IMG/VR virus record: IMGVR_UViG_3300031986_000023
Location: 1 to 53,667 of that record
Source: a virus
Taxonomy: Duplodnaviria; Caudoviricetes
Length of the DNA: 53,667 nucleotides
Reading direction: 5' to 3' (one strand)
A program made the position numbers and the translations under genes. How positions within the stretch are numbered: the stretch's first letter is position 1; each line of letters opens with the position of its first letter. Positions 51,343-53,667 of the stretch are shown here, in pieces. Under the pieces are notes generated by a model. That model had not been told where the DNA came from. It saw only the letters and a program-made list of their open reading frames with translations, and ran no database searches.

Positions 51343-52278
51343 TTGCCTGAATCCATCCATTATGAACTGCAATATCTCGACCTGATGCGCCGCATTTGGG
51401 TTGAGGGCGACGAGCGTGTCGACCGTACCGGGGTGGGGACGCGTTCGCTGTTCGGCGAAACGATGCGATTCTCGCTGAAAGACGACGCGATTCCGCTGCT
51501 GACGACGAAGCGCGTGTATTGGAAGACCGCGCTGCGCGAGCTGCTGTGGTTCCTGACCGGCGACACCAATATCCGTTCGCTGGTGTCGCAGGGCGTGAAG
51601 ATCTGGACCGACTGGCCGCTCGAAAAATATCGCAAGGCGACGGGCGAGGCGATCAGTGCCGAGGATTTCGAGGCGCGGATCATTGCCGATGACGCTTTCG
51701 CGGCCCAATGGGGCGATTTGGGGCCTGTCTATGGCCACCAGTGGGTCAACTGGCCGCGGTATGAGCCTGCGGGCGAGGGGCTGTTCCGGCGGGCCGAGCA
51801 GGGACATAACCAGATTGCGGCGCTGATTGAGGGACTGAAGACCAACCCGGGATCACGGCGGCATATATTTACCGGCTGGAACGTGGCCGATCTCGACCGC
51901 ATGGCCCTCCCGCCATGCCATATGACCTATCAATTCCACGTCCGCAGCGATGGCGGGCTGTCGTGCCTGCTGTTCCAGCGCTCGTGCGACCTGGGGCTTG
52001 GCTTTGCCTTCAATGTGTTCGAGGCGGCGCTGCTGACGCGGATGGTTGCCGATCAGTGCGGCGTGCATGCGCATGAGCTGGTCTGGACGGGCGGCGACGT
52101 GCATCTGTATCTGAATCACGCCGAGCTCGTTGAACAACAGATGGGCCGAATTCCCGACGGCGCACCGAGACTTCGCATCCTGCGACGCCCGGAAAGTATT
52201 TTTGAATATAATTTCGATGACTTCGCGGTCGAAGCTTATGCTCCGCAAGCGCATATTGCGGCGCCGGTCGCGGTCTGA
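51343..52278 (+). CDS. thyA: Thymidylate synthase
   Basis: DRTGVGT, PLLTTKRV, ALPPCH, QRSCD, FN and HLYLNH motifs. Confidence 0.97.
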   Translation: MPESIHYELQYLDLMRRIWVEGDERVDRTGVGTRSLFGETMRFSLKDDAIPLLTTKRVYWKTALRELLWFLTGDTNIRSLVSQGVKIWTDWPLEKYRKATGEAISAEDFEARIIADDAFAAQWGDLGPVYGHQWVNWPRYEPAGEGLFRRAEQGHNQIAALIEGLKTNPGSRRHIFTGWNVADLDRMALPPCHMTYQFHVRSDGGLSCLLFQRSCDLGLGFAFNVFEAALLTRMVADQCGVHAHELVWTGGDVHLYLNHAELVEQQMGRIPDGAPRLRILRRPESIFEYNFDDFAVEAYAPQAHIAAPVAV

Positions 52279-52371
52279 TCGCTAGCGTTGCATTCGTATG
52301 GCGACCGAAATAATATGTCGCCACGCTGAAATATAACTAGGCGCTGATTCGCGCCGCAATGGGAAGATGAT

Positions 52372-53667
52372 ATGCCCGAAACGGATCGGCGCCCGGCGAG
52401 TAATCTGCCGCCGCTGTCGCTTCATATCCCCGAACCGCGCTATCGCCCGGGCGACACGCCCGACTTTGGCGATATTGTCGTTCCGGCCGTCGATGCGACA
52501 CCCCGCCCATCCGAGGCGACCAAGCCCGATGCAATGCGCGACCTGTGCTATGGCCTCGTCCGCGTGCTTGATTTTGACGGGGTGGCGAAGGGCCAGTGGG
52601 ATCCCAAGCTGAGCCCCGAGCGGCTGCGCACGATGCTGCGCTACATGATGCTCGTCCGCGCATTCGACGACCGCATGTTCCGCGCCCAGCGCCAGGGCAA
52701 GACCAGCTTTTACATGAAATGCACCGGTGAGGAGGCGACGTCGGTCGCCTCGACGATGGCGCTCGACCGCGGCGACATGTGTTTCCCGAGCTATCGCCAG
52801 CAGGGCATTCTGATTGCGCGGGACTATCCGCTGATCCAGATGATGAACCAGATTTACTCGAATCGCGGCGATCATCTGATGGGGCGCCAGCTGCCGATCA
52901 TGTATTCGGCGCCCGAGCATGGGTTTTTCAGCGTTTCGGGCAACCTCGCCACCCAATATCCGCAGGCGGTGGGCTGGGCGATGGCTTCGGCCTCAAAGGG
53001 CGACAGCCGCATCGCGACCGTCTGGTGCGGTGAAGGGTCGTCGGCCGAGGGGGACTTCCACTCGGCGCTGACCTTTGCGACCGTCTATAACGCGCCGGTG
53101 ATCTTCAACGTCGTCAACAACCAGTGGGCGATTTCCAGTTTCTCGGGCTTTGCCGGTGGCGAACGCACGACTTTTGCCGCGCGCGCCGTGGGCTATGGCA
53201 TTGCCGGGCTGCGCATCGACGGCAATGATCCGCTGGCGGTCTATGCCGCGACGCAATGGGCGGCGGACCGCGCGCGAACCAACAATGGACCGACGCTGAT
53301 CGAGCATTTCACCTATCGCAGCGAAGGGCATAGCACGTCGGACGATCCGACCGCCTATCGCCCCGCCGAAGAACCGACGATCTGGCCGTTCGGCGATCCG
53401 ATTGCGCGGCTGCGCCAGCATCTCGAAACGCTCGGCGAATGGGATGACGAGCGGCATGAGGCGCAACGGACCGAACTCGAAGATTTGGTAAAAACAACCC
53501 AAAAGCAATCGGAAAAGCTCGGTATTTTGGGACACGGTATGCACCAGCCGTTCGAAACGATGTTCCAGGATGTGTTTGAGGACATGCCCTGGCACCTCAA
53601 GGAACAATGCACGCAGATGCTCGCCGAACAGGAAGCGAAGTTTGGACCCGACTGGAAGCCCGAGTGA
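52372..53667 (+). CDS. bkdA: Branched-chain 2-oxoacid dehydrogenase E1 alpha subunit
   Basis: QRQGKTSFY, TPP motif GEG...NNQ, HSTSDDP. Confidence 0.93.
   Translation: MPETDRRPASNLPPLSLHIPEPRYRPGDTPDFGDIVVPAVDATPRPSEATKPDAMRDLCYGLVRVLDFDGVAKGQWDPKLSPERLRTMLRYMMLVRAFDDRMFRAQRQGKTSFYMKCTGEEATSVASTMALDRGDMCFPSYRQQGILIARDYPLIQMMNQIYSNRGDHLMGRQLPIMYSAPEHGFFSVSGNLATQYPQAVGWAMASASKGDSRIATVWCGEGSSAEGDFHSALTFATVYNAPVIFNVVNNQWAISSFSGFAGGERTTFAARAVGYGIAGLRIDGNDPLAVYAATQWAADRARTNNGPTLIEHFTYRSEGHSTSDDPTAYRPAEEPTIWPFGDPIARLRQHLETLGEWDDERHEAQRTELEDLVKTTQKQSEKLGILGHGMHQPFETMFQDVFEDMPWHLKEQCTQMLAEQEAKFGPDWKPE

Noticed and set aside
50773-52278. thyA and the JAB gene as phage cargo
   Set aside because: They lie beyond the intact tRNA next to BCKDH and are most simply host genes

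Overview
Most of the window (1 to about 50,590) is a temperate, long non-contractile-tailed (siphovirus-like) prophage integrated at the 3' end of a tRNA-Pro(CGG) gene (50589-50665, minus strand). The host is a GC-rich alphaproteobacterium, probably a sphingomonad (inferred from composition and an alphaproteobacterial SOS box). The other att site is not visible and presumably lies left of the window. From left to right: small accessory genes with an RHH mini-switch; lysis genes (spanins, holin, M15 endolysin); tailspike and tail genes, including a -1 frameshift chaperone; head-tail genes; an unusual fibre module; capsid, protease, portal and terminase; replication and early-right genes (rep with iterons, VRR-NUC, GcrA-like, YfdQ, SNF2 helicase plus N4/N6 methylase); a cro/cI switch with clear operators; early-left genes (RecT, a W-D-A-A repeat protein, a cupin, a C5 methylase with a nested second ORF); xis and int. 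Host genes follow (radC-like JAB, thyA, BCKDH E1 alpha). The most notable observations are: (i) a probable template-threaded 'beads-on-a-string' fibre module; (ii) an unannotated poly-proline peptide translationally coupled to a multipass membrane protein just upstream of the lysis genes; (iii) a LexA-boxed gene convergent with and overlapping cI; (iv) a shared TTGCGC-N16-GTAAC promoter motif ahead of three structural genes, with no recognisable Q gene; (v) a gene-within-gene C5 methyltransferase. Family assignments come from motif recognition and synteny only; no database searches were run.
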